From a virus (Duplodnaviria; Caudoviricetes): a DNA stretch of 50,937 nt. The notes under the pieces are model-generated. The model was not told where the DNA came from, did no database searches, and saw nothing but the letters and a program-made list of their open reading frames with translations. Made by a program: the position numbers and the translations under genes. Of this stretch, positions 20,801 to 29,261 are shown piece by piece (position 1 is the stretch's first letter; each line of letters begins with the position of its first letter). The stretch lies in the IMG/VR virus record IMGVR_UViG_3300036846_000860, positions 1 to 50,937 of that record; one strand, written 5' to 3'.

Positions 20801-21627
20801 TTGGCCAAAGGAACTAGCCCGGTAGTGATATCGCTTCCACTTACCACAACGTTTGATGAAAGCGCGTGTCCGTTTACGGTTGTAGTGGTAGGAACCTTCG
20901 TACTGTCGGCTACTGTACAGGTGCTGCTTAATGTACATGTCGTTCCGTTGACGGTAGTTGAGGCGTTTGAGGCTGCAAGACCGGATACTAACACACCTGA
21001 GTCTTTGATGATATTGCCGGTTGTTCCATTGAATAAAACGATATCACTGTTGACTGAAGTACCTGGACCGGTTACAGTTCCTGTTCCTGCGGTGCAACCT
21101 TTCGCGGCGCCTGTTTTATCAATACCTGTCGGCACCTGACCTGCGGTACAGTTTGTTGGATCAACTGCCAATACCTTAATATCAGCGTTACCGTTGCCGA
21201 TTACTAACGAGCCGACGGTTAAAGTACCAGCTGTGTTTGTTACTGTTCCTGATCCACCACCTGGAACTGATGGGTAACCGCTATATGTTACGGTAACAGA
21301 CCCGCCACCAGTCAACACCGTCATGTTCAAACGGATAAAGTTCGCGCTTGTAGTAGCTGTCGTAGACCCGTTTGTTGAACAGTTTTGGCTAGCAATCAAA
21401 CCAGCAGACGTGTAGGTAATACCGTCAGTTGAGCTGTCGACCTGAATCGCGCAGGTTGTTACAGTTCCAGACTTCACCCAATTGAGAGTGTGATACAACG
21501 AAGTACCTAATTCACGGATAGGTGGGGCTGTCCCCGTCGCATTGAAGGTGAAGACTTGGTGAGCGTTAAACTGAGCGAAGCACGATCCGACAAATAAGAA
21601 GAGGGGTAGTAATTTTCTCAGCCTCAT
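17806..21627 (-). CDS. Long tail fibre-like protein with signal peptide (1273 aa)
   Basis: MRLRKLLPLFLFVGSCFA|Q; fibre repeats LPxxQGGT, GPGTSVNSDIVLFNGTTGNIIKDSG, RGDMIY..RLAVGT; 18 Cys in consecutive pairs. Confidence 0.75.
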   Translation of the reverse strand: MRLRKLLPLFLFVGSCFAQFNAHQVFTFNATGTAPPIRELGTSLYHTLNWVKSGTVTTCAIQVDSSTDGITYTSAGLIASQNCSTNGSTTATTSANFIRLNMTVLTGGGSVTVTYSGYPSVPGGGSGTVTNTAGTLTVGSLVIGNGNADIKVLAVDPTNCTAGQVPTGIDKTGAAKGCTAGTGTVTGPGTSVNSDIVLFNGTTGNIIKDSGVLVSGLAASNASTTVNGTTCTLSSTCTVADSTKVPTTTTVNGHALSSNVVVSGSDITTGLVPLANGGTGINAASVAALFNGLAPATAKGGLIVGTGLNTYGNVAYGTDGQCVVGVSGTWAPGNCATGAVGAGAGMTTNKIPKATASLTLGDSSVSDDATKVTIADTGGLVMSVGPLVSTAQAAPTGIAGSGWLWYDTTATRWLMKNGSNTAINVVASGVDINTSDQVTATHLASALPAAQGGTANAFFAVAGPAASVKTFTFPNSNANVLTDAALVTAAQGGTGTNLSAAASGRVPKSNGAGAFIASSLSPAGNGTCTNQVVTAENADAAPTCTTLTSAFVNSSIALTGTDINTSNQVTATHLASPLPSAQGGTANAFFTVAGPATSAKTFTFPNASANVLTDNAAVTVLQGGTGATTASAAFNNLSPTTTRGDMIYQGATGDTRLAVGTTNQCLTSNGTDPAWGACTTGSITGAALVANQVTYASGASAITSNSGLTTDSSGNLSANSLTITGTGGGNLIGIPATTVSPTLVTSAFNLIAPNAASITNYAWQPPTGENGTAGIMHVGAASTHISQLTIGPVNLAAGGDVTGTTSVPNGGTGNSSFTTNGLVVGNGTSSLAQISVGATGTLLTGVTSNAANFSGTPTIGSSTIGTGTLGLAGGGSGTITIQPQSAAGTYNFNLPTTAGSAGQCLTSAGGGTSPMTWGACSGSSATLDQINNLAVSKTFVNGNFTMTWQNQLTTASASANTFTESAASTSTGTPFLVNINTLAASTLNPLQVTALGTANGVRVDTTGLLSAIGTGNINATQLSGKVIAGAGAAIPTGPSSVTSGRIVSFSGTAGQIADSGTLIGNVNTATLAATAANQVAVAGGASRAITYVDFPEHLIVPAANCNNATAGAGWSIPATNAPTIACRAGTNNLGGVLQWANNNTTTNSQFVFQLPFDWDTATQPYWNIVYGSGTNTTGTIKWTISTACTKSDGSVSDDPAFVAETTSTGKTMAVANRMWSETGQFANLTSGNNCVAGSTVVLKVTSGNGTATATVNVAQITLTVPRLITVQAN

Positions 21628-21896
21628 TTGAAGTACACCCGCAGTCTACCGGATGTCAACACGGTACATGCAAATCCATAAAGCCACTCGCAGGTGAAGC
21701 TCTCGACGAGGGAGATATCTCCCTTACCGGTTGCAGACCAAACGATCTTACCGAACCGGTCCTGCACCTGTACTTGATCACCCTGAGATCCGTAATCGGA
21801 CCATTCAAAATGGGCGTTTTTAACGTCGGTAGCGTATAAAATAGCAGAACCTGGGGTGTCAATTACCCAGGGGTTAGAGCCTAGTGAATTAGCCAC
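21624..21896 (-). CDS. Small virion-associated protein (90 aa)
   Basis: GGAGG SD, GTG start, first gene after the capsid terminator, ATGA overlap with the fibre gene. Confidence 0.65.
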   Translation of the reverse strand: MANSLGSNPWVIDTPGSAILYATDVKNAHFEWSDYGSQGDQVQVQDRFGKIVWSATGKGDISLVESFTCEWLYGFACTVLTSGRLRVYFK

Positions 21897-21905
21897 AATC
21901 CCTCC

Positions 21906-21940
21906 TAAAGAAGGAGGCTCCCAGAGGAATGAGAGCCCCC
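21906..21940 (-). terminator. Probable leaky intrinsic terminator after the major capsid gene
   Basis: Minus strand GGGGGCTCTCA-TTCCTC-TGGGAGCCTCC followed by TTCTTT. Confidence 0.6.
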
Positions 21941-21959
21941 TAATCCCAGAACAATGCCC

Positions 21960-22853
21960 TTATTGTCCTGGGCTCCCGGCAACTCCATGCCAATACGTAA
22001 CTCCCGGAACAAACCTAAAGTACACGCTGTAGGATGCACCCTTTGTGAAGAAGTCATCCTGAGAGTCGAATTCCGGCATGATACGCCAGAAGTACTTCAA
22101 TGTTTGATCGGTCTTACGAGCTGCGATCCACCAAGCGGTGGTTGAGGAGAAGAAGTGGTTGATGCGTGGCAATAACCTACCCTGCATCACGTTCACTTCG
22201 TTGTTGCCTGTGTAAGGTTTGTAAGCGGAGTGTAAGATCTCTCCCGCTTTAAACTGCAGGTCGACCGGCAGCCAAACCTCCTCAGGCATCATCCGTTTGA
22301 GCAACCCACGCTCGTTCACCATCTTTTCGAACAAGATGATAAGCTCCTGCATACCTGTCACGCTGAACGCGACGTTGGTTGCAGATTGGTTGCTGTAGGT
22401 ACCACCACCTAGTAATGGGTGGGCTGTATTGATGAAGCTAACTCCGTCAATCGTGTTTTGGGTGGTGAAGGAGTTGTTAAGGACCGCGGCCGCACCCGAC
22501 TCGATGGTCTGACGGATACTACCACCAAAGTCTTGCGAAACCTTCTTCATCACACCATATTGGTCGTCATCCCACATCTCACGCGTGACTTGAAAACCAA
22601 GTCCGTACGAGACTGGTTGGTAACGAAGTGACCCACCCTGGATGGGTTGATCCAGCTTGATTACCTCGCCCTCAGGCTTAGTCGGTACTTGAGCAAGCCC
22701 GGCGATTAATTGGTCTTCTTCATACGCCTTTGTCGTACTGTAAACGTTGAAGAACTCCGGAAACTCCTCCGGATGCATAGCAAGGTCTTCGTAGATAACC
22801 GAGAAGAGCCCTGCCGCCAATAACTGTCCAAACTGTCCACGTGTGACTGGCAT
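21960..22853 (-). CDS. Major capsid protein (HK97 fold, Mu gpT-like family)
   Basis: KAYEE, KPEGE, YGLGFQVTREMWDDDQY, DGVSFINTAHPL and terminal GVAGSPG motifs; AAGGAG SD; downstream of scaffold. Confidence 0.85.
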   Translation of the reverse strand: MPVTRGQFGQLLAAGLFSVIYEDLAMHPEEFPEFFNVYSTTKAYEEDQLIAGLAQVPTKPEGEVIKLDQPIQGGSLRYQPVSYGLGFQVTREMWDDDQYGVMKKVSQDFGGSIRQTIESGAAAVLNNSFTTQNTIDGVSFINTAHPLLGGGTYSNQSATNVAFSVTGMQELIILFEKMVNERGLLKRMMPEEVWLPVDLQFKAGEILHSAYKPYTGNNEVNVMQGRLLPRINHFFSSTTAWWIAARKTDQTLKYFWRIMPEFDSQDDFFTKGASYSVYFRFVPGVTYWHGVAGSPGQ

Positions 22854-22864
22854 GTAAGGTCTCC

Positions 22865-23473
22865 TTAGTTACCGGACAACTGTTGAGCCGCGTGCAGGAC
22901 TTTGAACTCCATACGACCGTTGAGGGTACCAACGGGATCGACGAGAGTAGTAATTTGCACGCAAGCACCGGTTCCGACGGTTGTTTTGTTTTTGTCGATG
23001 TACCAGAAACCGTTGCCGGCGTCTTTGGTCAAGCCGTAGATCGCGCCGAGATCGGTTTGAGCGATGGTTGCGAGGGTGCCGTCACTGCCGTTACCGGTTA
23101 CACCCAGGAAGAGGGTTGTGTCGATTGCTTCGTGCAATCCCATAGTACCATCGTTTGGCCACGCACCGATAGGGATTGGGAAGGCTGCTGATTGGTTTTG
23201 AACCTTTCCCTGTGTGAGGGTTTTCGCTACCCCAGACGAGGAAAGGTTATTTCCGAACTCGGTTGCGAATCCGGCGATTAACGCCGTTGCCGCGTTCGTG
23301 ATTGCAGCGCACTCGATGATGAAACCGCTCGCTACTTCGACTTGCACAGGAACAGCGATGTTGAAGGTTTGGCTAGCCTTCTCCGGAAAACGCCGGATTA
23401 TCGCTTGTAGAGATCCCCCCGGGAGCACGCGATACGGGAAGATCGGTTGCGCAATGCTAGATGACGCTGGCAT
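22865..23473 (-). CDS. Putative capsid decoration/cement protein (202 aa)
   Basis: Beta-rich protein immediately upstream of the MCP; AGGAGG SD. Confidence 0.55.
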   Translation of the reverse strand: MPASSSIAQPIFPYRVLPGGSLQAIIRRFPEKASQTFNIAVPVQVEVASGFIIECAAITNAATALIAGFATEFGNNLSSSGVAKTLTQGKVQNQSAAFPIPIGAWPNDGTMGLHEAIDTTLFLGVTGNGSDGTLATIAQTDLGAIYGLTKDAGNGFWYIDKNKTTVGTGACVQITTLVDPVGTLNGRMEFKVLHAAQQLSGN

Positions 23474-23475
23474 TG

Positions 23476-23988
23476 TTAACGTCCTCCTACTTTAGATTTG
23501 TCAACTTCGAACGTGGGGACACCTGCCTTTTCCGTTTCGATGAGGAAGTTGTCTTTAGCCGCGTGGAATTGACCAGCTGCACGTTCCTCGTTTTCCATCA
23601 TAAGGAAGTCGTACGTGTCTTGGTCACATTCCATCAGGATGGTGTCTCCTTGGATGTAGGTACCATCCTCACGAAGACCTCCAGCGCTGATTGCTGGTTT
23701 GGCTTTCCCGGCGAGTACTTCAGCAACGTTCGGTTCACGAACGATGATGTAGCCGAGAAGGTCGAGACGGTCCAACTCATACGTATCCGGACGGTGAGCC
23801 CAGAAGTAGTGCTTTCCGGGTTTACCTCGTACTTCAAGGCGGGGTTTCCCTATGCGTGCTCTCAGCTCTGCGTAGCGAGCTTTTCGTTCCTCTGCTGTGA
23901 GAGTAGCGACAGGTGTCGCGGAGATTGGGGTGATTACGTTAGCGCCGGGTTGTGCCTTCGGCTGTGCCTGGCTTGTAGTTTGCATCAT
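23476..23988 (-). CDS. Hypothetical head-operon protein (170 aa)
   Basis: Coupled ORF between scaffold and decoration gene; KHYFW...LGY...GDTILMEC pattern. Confidence 0.6.
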   Translation of the reverse strand: MMQTTSQAQPKAQPGANVITPISATPVATLTAEERKARYAELRARIGKPRLEVRGKPGKHYFWAHRPDTYELDRLDLLGYIIVREPNVAEVLAGKAKPAISAGGLREDGTYIQGDTILMECDQDTYDFLMMENEERAAGQFHAAKDNFLIETEKAGVPTFEVDKSKVGGR

Positions 23989-24659
23989 TAATTGCCTCCG
24001 ATCGTACGACGCTTACCACCGACGTTATCGGAGGTTAACGGCCAAACACCGTTATTGATATTGTTTTGAGCGGTGCGGTATTGCTCTTCACTAATGTTGA
24101 GGCCGGGTAAGATTTTCGCCGTTACCTCAACCGGGAGGGGAAGAGGAGCAGCGATAGTTTGTGCTGGAGTTTGGGCACGTTCTGCCGCACTGCGTGCTGC
24201 TGCTTCGGTTGTTTCGCGATCCTCACGGAGTAGACGCTCGAGGTTCATACCTACGAGAGTGTTGTAAGCGGTTTCCCAAACGTTGACGTCGACCTGGTTT
24301 TCTGGGGGTTGTTGGCCCATTATTTTGAGGATGTCAGCTTCGAGACGACTCCAATACGTTTTCCCCGCCATCGCAGTACGTTTCGCTGTCTCGATTAGCG
24401 TTCCACGAGCGGCTGTCGCCTCTGCAGGACTGAAAGTTACAGGAGCAGCTGGAGGGGTATCAGTCCGCTGTTCGATGGTGCTTGTTGTACGAGGCGGTGG
24501 GGTTGCTGCCCGGCGAAGCTCGTCGCGAAGTGTTGCCTCACGTGCTTGGTAGTACTGCGCGATTTTAACAGGGTCTGTAACCCCGCGAAGCTCTGCAGGA
24601 AGTTCGGTTTGTGTTGTTCGGACTCGATCTTCCGATCCGAATACTGGTTGGCTGCTCAT
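23988..24659 (-). CDS. Putative scaffolding protein (223 aa)
   Basis: Helical, Ala/Thr/Glu-rich; C-terminal GLNISEEQY helix; lies between portal and capsid genes. Confidence 0.6.
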   Translation of the reverse strand: MSSQPVFGSEDRVRTTQTELPAELRGVTDPVKIAQYYQAREATLRDELRRAATPPPRTTSTIEQRTDTPPAAPVTFSPAEATAARGTLIETAKRTAMAGKTYWSRLEADILKIMGQQPPENQVDVNVWETAYNTLVGMNLERLLREDRETTEAAARSAAERAQTPAQTIAAPLPLPVEVTAKILPGLNISEEQYRTAQNNINNGVWPLTSDNVGGKRRTIGGN

Positions 24660-24950
24660 CTCTGCTCCTGTTTACGTTGTTCTCGTTCGAGTAGCCCGCT
24701 TAGTTGGGCTTCAATCTCGTTTGGCAGGTTTTCAATAACCCGCAACATGTACAATTGACCTTGCACATCACATAACTCCTCGCGAGTCAGGGCCGGGTTG
24801 AGGAGCTTGTGGATTAAGACCACCCGCGACTTTACCAATTGACTGAGATAGGTCTTGTAACTGGGATCCTGAAACAGCGCCTTCAGCCTGTGGCATTCCA
24901 ACTTGCTCAGCGACGTTATTTGGTTGTTGCTGGTTAGCGTCTCCTCCACC
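24656..24950 (-). CDS. Small helical protein downstream of and overlapping the portal C-terminus (start uncertain)
   Basis: C-terminal part of ORF 24656..25279: LKALFQDPSYKTYL...VQGQLYMLRVIENLP resembles small post-portal proteins; stop coupled to the scaffold start. Confidence 0.45.
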
Positions 24951-26699
24951 CAAGATTTTCCGGATGTCGGGGAGAAGTTTGGAACGGTCGTAGACGTCGA
25001 AGGAGAAGAGGATTCGGTTTGCAAGGTCTCGAGCGCCGTCGAGTATTTGGAGTCCAAGCGCTTTGAAAGGCGAACCCTCCGGAGCTTGAACGACAGCAGG
25101 TATAAGCCCCATGATCTGCTGATAATATGCAGCCATTGTGTTAGCCATGAGGAGAAGGTTTTGACGATCGACTTCTTTGTTGGCGGAGGCGTCACTAGCT
25201 CCGAGATCGAAGAAGTATCCTTTAAGGCCAGTGATATCCTGTTGCTTGAAGGCTTGACTGAGAAGAGCTCCGTTTTCACCGAATTGACTCCAGTTTGCGT
25301 TGGATGCGTAATCCCTGTAGGACGTGAAGATTTGTGCGCCGACTTGATGGAACGGTCGACGGAGACGTTTTAGGAAGATATCGAGGCGTTTGTTGCCTTC
25401 GCTGATGAGAGCGAGTGTACCTTGCGAACTGTAAATCCCCTTCTTACCTACCGTGCCGGTACCGAACCCTTGCATTGGTTGGCTGATACCGGTGTAACGT
25501 TCCGATAATTGTAGTAGTGCGTTCTCTTCTTCGATCAACGAATTGTAGTTGGTGTTGAATGCGAGGGTATCGAGATCATCCATTTGGTCGACTTCAAAGA
25601 CTTTACCAGGGTACCACTCGTCTGCTGGGTTACCAACGTTAGCGAGACGCTTTTTCTTCCAGCCAGGGATGTTAGCGATGAGGTTAGCGTCACGACGACC
25701 GTTATGGATTTGGGCTTGTTCTTCTTGGGATTGTTCGAGGATCTCGGGGATGCTGTAACCCCAGTAGAGGTTTTCACGCGGCATGAAGCGAAAGTCTGTA
25801 AAAGGACCTTGACATTTAGGGGTGTAGTCGTAGAGTAGTCTTAAAATACCGTCAGCTGTACGGCTGTATGGATTAAAGGTACACACAAGTGAACTGATTT
25901 TACCTGGTTGAAGCTCGTACCTAACCCAACCTTCTACCGCGTTGAAGGGACGAATTACGTCGGTGCTTAGAGAAATACCGGCACCTGCTGCAGCACCTTC
26001 ACGCGGGTTACCTTCGCTTGTTTTGCCACCGGTCTTTAAGAATAGTTCACAGGCGCGTTCATCCCACAGTTTAATTGACTTACGATACTCTACTTCCTCC
26101 TTCGCGAAGCGTAAGCGATGGAAGTTGGCGATTGTTTGTTTGGATGTACGTGCTGTGATTGGGTAAGGGAAGAAGTCGTCGAAGGGAATAACGTCGAATT
26201 CTAACCCTTCCTCGTGGAGGGGTGAGTCCGTCCCGTTGTAGGTGGTGTCATCACACCAGATTGACTTTAATACCTGGGTACCGGTTTTACAAGTTAGGAA
26301 CGTAGTCATATCTACAGGTTCGTAGAAGTTGATCGCGTTCATACACATATAGTCCATCCACTCGCCGAGACACATCAAAACCGGATTGTCGATGGTACCG
26401 AATGTGCGAGGTCTCCAAAAGGGCTTCGTGCCGAAGATTAAACCAAGCATGCGTGCCGATAAGATATCAGTATGCATCCTGATTAATTGCGGCACGAAGT
26501 TGGAGGCTTTATAGAAGGGGGTCGTACGGGTTGTTTGTAGCGGTTTTCCAGCGTAGTTATCAAGCCAGCGTTGGTACATTCCCTGCACTTGGTTGTTGCG
26601 AGCGACGCAGGTTGCCCAGAATTTATCCACGCAGTAGTTTTGTAACGCCTGTAGTTTCTCTGACGGTACTCCGTTAACTGGGACGAACTTAATGGGCAT
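24768..26699 (-). CDS. Portal protein (643 aa)
   Basis: Follows TerL; FDVIPFDDFF, YWGYSIPEIL...Q...N...D, YPGKVF, ERYTGIS motifs of P22-like portals. Confidence 0.85.
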   Translation of the reverse strand: MPIKFVPVNGVPSEKLQALQNYCVDKFWATCVARNNQVQGMYQRWLDNYAGKPLQTTRTTPFYKASNFVPQLIRMHTDILSARMLGLIFGTKPFWRPRTFGTIDNPVLMCLGEWMDYMCMNAINFYEPVDMTTFLTCKTGTQVLKSIWCDDTTYNGTDSPLHEEGLEFDVIPFDDFFPYPITARTSKQTIANFHRLRFAKEEVEYRKSIKLWDERACELFLKTGGKTSEGNPREGAAAGAGISLSTDVIRPFNAVEGWVRYELQPGKISSLVCTFNPYSRTADGILRLLYDYTPKCQGPFTDFRFMPRENLYWGYSIPEILEQSQEEQAQIHNGRRDANLIANIPGWKKKRLANVGNPADEWYPGKVFEVDQMDDLDTLAFNTNYNSLIEEENALLQLSERYTGISQPMQGFGTGTVGKKGIYSSQGTLALISEGNKRLDIFLKRLRRPFHQVGAQIFTSYRDYASNANWSQFGENGALLSQAFKQQDITGLKGYFFDLGASDASANKEVDRQNLLLMANTMAAYYQQIMGLIPAVVQAPEGSPFKALGLQILDGARDLANRILFSFDVYDRSKLLPDIRKILGGGDANQQQPNNVAEQVGMPQAEGAVSGSQLQDLSQSIGKVAGGLNPQAPQPGPDSRGVM

Positions 26700-26715
26700 T
26701 TGACCTTTCGACGAC

Positions 26716-26910
26716 TTAGACCGGGCCGGTATTGAACACGTTTACGCACACCGTATCCATGCGCGGGCTGAACAACATGCAATGAACGGGAGGATACGGT
26801 TGTGGTAGCCGAGATCCTGCGAACGCTCGCCGACAAACTCTGTGGACGATCACGTCCCGGGATAGTGTTCCTCGGACATCATTACGCGACTCCCGTTCAT
26901 TACGTGTCAT
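26716..26910 (-). CDS. Hypothetical protein (64 aa)
   Basis: Fills the TerL-portal gap; start adjacent to the TerL stop. Confidence 0.3.
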   Translation of the reverse strand: MTRNERESRNDVRGTLSRDVIVHRVCRRAFAGSRLPQPYPPVHCMLFSPRMDTVCVNVFNTGPV

Positions 26911-28587
26911 TCAGATGTACCCCCCAACATCGTAGGTTTGGGCGGTGTACTGGCTCTTGGCTAACTCCCGCTTTGTGCGGTCACGTTCCAACGCTTCCTG
27001 TTCATCGATTGTGTGGGGCCGGCGTGCCAAATTCAGGGTGTAGGCAAGCGCATCAAAACGGTCGATCATATCGCCGTAGGGGAACCTTAAAATCTGGTTA
27101 CGGGTCTTAATATCGTTCTCGTGGATGTAGACCCGACCTTCCTCAAAGTCCGACTGTGCGTAGGTTAGGATCCGGTCTTCCTTGTTCACGCGACCGCCCG
27201 GAGGAGAGATAGGCACGGGAGCTAACCGTTTGTGGCGCACGCCTGACTTCCCAGCCTGTTTGCAGACGGAACATTCCCCTTCCTGTTGGCGAAGCTCGAT
27301 CACGGTGGCGAGCTCTTTATGTGCTCCAACAGCCTCGAAGTAGTTCGGCCAGGTGAAGAATTGATCGTTTAATTTAAACCACTCCTCAGCGGCTTTGCGA
27401 AACCCTACCGGCTCGGACCAGATTTTAAAAGCGAATTTACGTCCGTCAGCGCTGGTGCCGAGACAGCAGATCGCGTGCTCGCATTTTGCTGAGTTACCCC
27501 CTGAACTCGGGTCGTTAAACGAGATCCGGGCGAGCTGCGAGAGCTTGATTGGTGGGGTGCCATCATTCGGGACGAGCAGATCCTTTTTACCATCCACCCC
27601 TACCGTAATGTGGAAGGTCTTGATCATCTCGTGAGTAAATTTACTCCCCTCCGGCGCGCTGGGGTCATTCAGGTACTGGCAGGAAAACTTGTACTCCCGT
27701 TCTCGTTTCCGGATGTCCTGTAGGATTGAGTGGGTAAAACGTTGGTAAAACCTGGGCTCACCCTCCTCGTCGTAACACCCCTCGACATCCCACGCGAAGC
27801 CCGACGCACGTTCGCCCTGCTCTTCATTATGCGAGAGCTCCTCCATGATATAACCATACAGGTCTGCGGAACCGTGCTTCCATCGTGTACCAATCAAGAT
27901 CTCTTCAACCGTGGCTGGATCGTTGGCAAGACCGGATGCATACGAGAACCAGTCGATCGCGGACTTCATCTCCGCTTCCGAGTTTGCAGCCTTGATCCCG
28001 ATGATGTCGTCGTAAATTAAGCAGTCGAAGTGGAAACCGGTTGACTTCGCGCCCACACCAACCGATTTGATCGACGGTTCGTCGAAGGACTGTGGACGGT
28101 TGATCTCGATCTCGTCATCGCGCCAAACGACCTTATTGAAGTCGGGGGGTACGATCTGAGGGAACAACGCGCGTAACAGCTGGTTGTTCTCGAAATGCCA
28201 GGTAAGGTCTCGAATGTTTTTCTGCGCGACGGTGTCAGACTCGCCGACGTAAAGGAAGCGAAGGTTGCGCGGATCGCGTAGATCCCCAGCTTGTTTACCT
28301 CCCCCGCACCATCTCCACAACGGGTAGGCCTTCATCAACGTCGATTTAAAATGTCCGCGAGGGCGAAGAAAGCCTCGCCTCCGTCGGGGAATTGTACTTT
28401 GGATCTTATTCGCGAAGGAAAGGTGGTAGGTCGGTACTAGATCCTTGTACGCCATCACAACCTTGGCGAAGTAGTACAATCCCCCGATGGGAGCGAGACA
28501 TTTGTCCCGGAGTAACTCAAGCAGGTCGTCAGCTCTCCCGTCCTGCGCGAGTAACATTATCTCCGAGTTGTCGAGGTTGTTGATCAC
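26911..28587 (-). CDS. terL: Terminase large subunit
   Basis: Walker A variant PRGHFKST, G.HFD..IYDD Walker B, IGTRW, FSCQYLNDP, nuclease FNDPS and DRFDALAY. Confidence 0.93.
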   Translation of the reverse strand: MINNLDNSEIMLLAQDGRADDLLELLRDKCLAPIGGLYYFAKVVMAYKDLVPTYHLSFANKIQSTIPRRRRGFLRPRGHFKSTLMKAYPLWRWCGGGKQAGDLRDPRNLRFLYVGESDTVAQKNIRDLTWHFENNQLLRALFPQIVPPDFNKVVWRDDEIEINRPQSFDEPSIKSVGVGAKSTGFHFDCLIYDDIIGIKAANSEAEMKSAIDWFSYASGLANDPATVEEILIGTRWKHGSADLYGYIMEELSHNEEQGERASGFAWDVEGCYDEEGEPRFYQRFTHSILQDIRKREREYKFSCQYLNDPSAPEGSKFTHEMIKTFHITVGVDGKKDLLVPNDGTPPIKLSQLARISFNDPSSGGNSAKCEHAICCLGTSADGRKFAFKIWSEPVGFRKAAEEWFKLNDQFFTWPNYFEAVGAHKELATVIELRQQEGECSVCKQAGKSGVRHKRLAPVPISPPGGRVNKEDRILTYAQSDFEEGRVYIHENDIKTRNQILRFPYGDMIDRFDALAYTLNLARRPHTIDEQEALERDRTKRELAKSQYTAQTYDVGGYI

Positions 28588-28757
28588 TTTGTCTTGTCGT
28601 CGGGTGGTGTGAGTGGTTTTGGAGGCGGGGGAGGTGTTGACGTTACAGCCTGTGCGTTTATAACCTCGAGAATGTCACAAACTGCCTCATCGAATTTATA
28701 CCCATCCCCTATCAACGTGCGTAGTTCTTTAACCTTCTTGCTGAGAGTGTCCGGCAT
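28584..28757 (-). CDS. Small Pro-rich hypothetical protein (57 aa), not in ORF track
   Basis: MPDTLSKKVKELRTLIGDGYKFDEAVCDILEVINAQAVTSTPPPPPKPLTPPDDKTK; its TGA overlaps the TerL GTG. Confidence 0.5.
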   Translation of the reverse strand: MPDTLSKKVKELRTLIGDGYKFDEAVCDILEVINAQAVTSTPPPPPKPLTPPDDKTK

Positions 28758-29253
28758 TGCGCGATGCGTCCTTTTCTACACCCGATGGGAGTTGAGGTGC
28801 GGCTTTCTCCTGTATCTGCGCTAGCTCTGTTGCGGTGAGCGCAGCATGCATGAGGGTTACTGGATCGATAGTGAAACGCCCTGTTAAGTCGGTTTCGACC
28901 TTCTTATTCCGTGCGGTTTCCGAATTACGGTCCAACACGCTGTCGCAGGCCTTTAACGAGATCCCCTCCTGAGGGCTGTTGATTAACTCTTCAAGCCGAG
29001 CGAGGGCTTTGTCGCTGGCCTCGAGCATCCGCTGTTGGAGCGTTTTGTGTTCGGACTTGAGATCCTGCAACACCTCACTATAAACAGACTGCGATAAATT
29101 CCGCAGGTTGTCGAGGAACTCGGGCTCGGAGGCATACTTCCTAACTGTTGCGTATGAAAGGTGAACGCGCTCCGCACATTCCTTCAGCGGGATGTGGAGC
29201 AGGAGGAGATTTAACAGCTCTTCCTGCCGGACGAATTTGGGTGCTTCATGCAT
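28729..29253 (-). CDS. terS: Terminase small subunit (HTH)
   Basis: N-terminal HTH (LKECAERVHLSYATVRKY), coiled coil, LKACDSVLDR; upstream of TerL. Confidence 0.75.
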   Translation of the reverse strand: MHEAPKFVRQEELLNLLLLHIPLKECAERVHLSYATVRKYASEPEFLDNLRNLSQSVYSEVLQDLKSEHKTLQQRMLEASDKALARLEELINSPQEGISLKACDSVLDRNSETARNKKVETDLTGRFTIDPVTLMHAALTATELAQIQEKAAPQLPSGVEKDASRNAGHSQQEG

Positions 29254-29261
29254 GGCAAAAC

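Noticed and set aside
17861-21139. Numerous plus-strand ORFs (Val/Pro/Ala-rich) over the fibre genes
   Set aside because: Antisense shadows of Gly/Thr/Asn-rich minus-strand codons; no SD or operon coupling.
9409-21627. Diversity-generating retroelement acting on the fibres
   Set aside because: No reverse transcriptase motif and no near-identical TR/VR pair differing only at adenines was seen.
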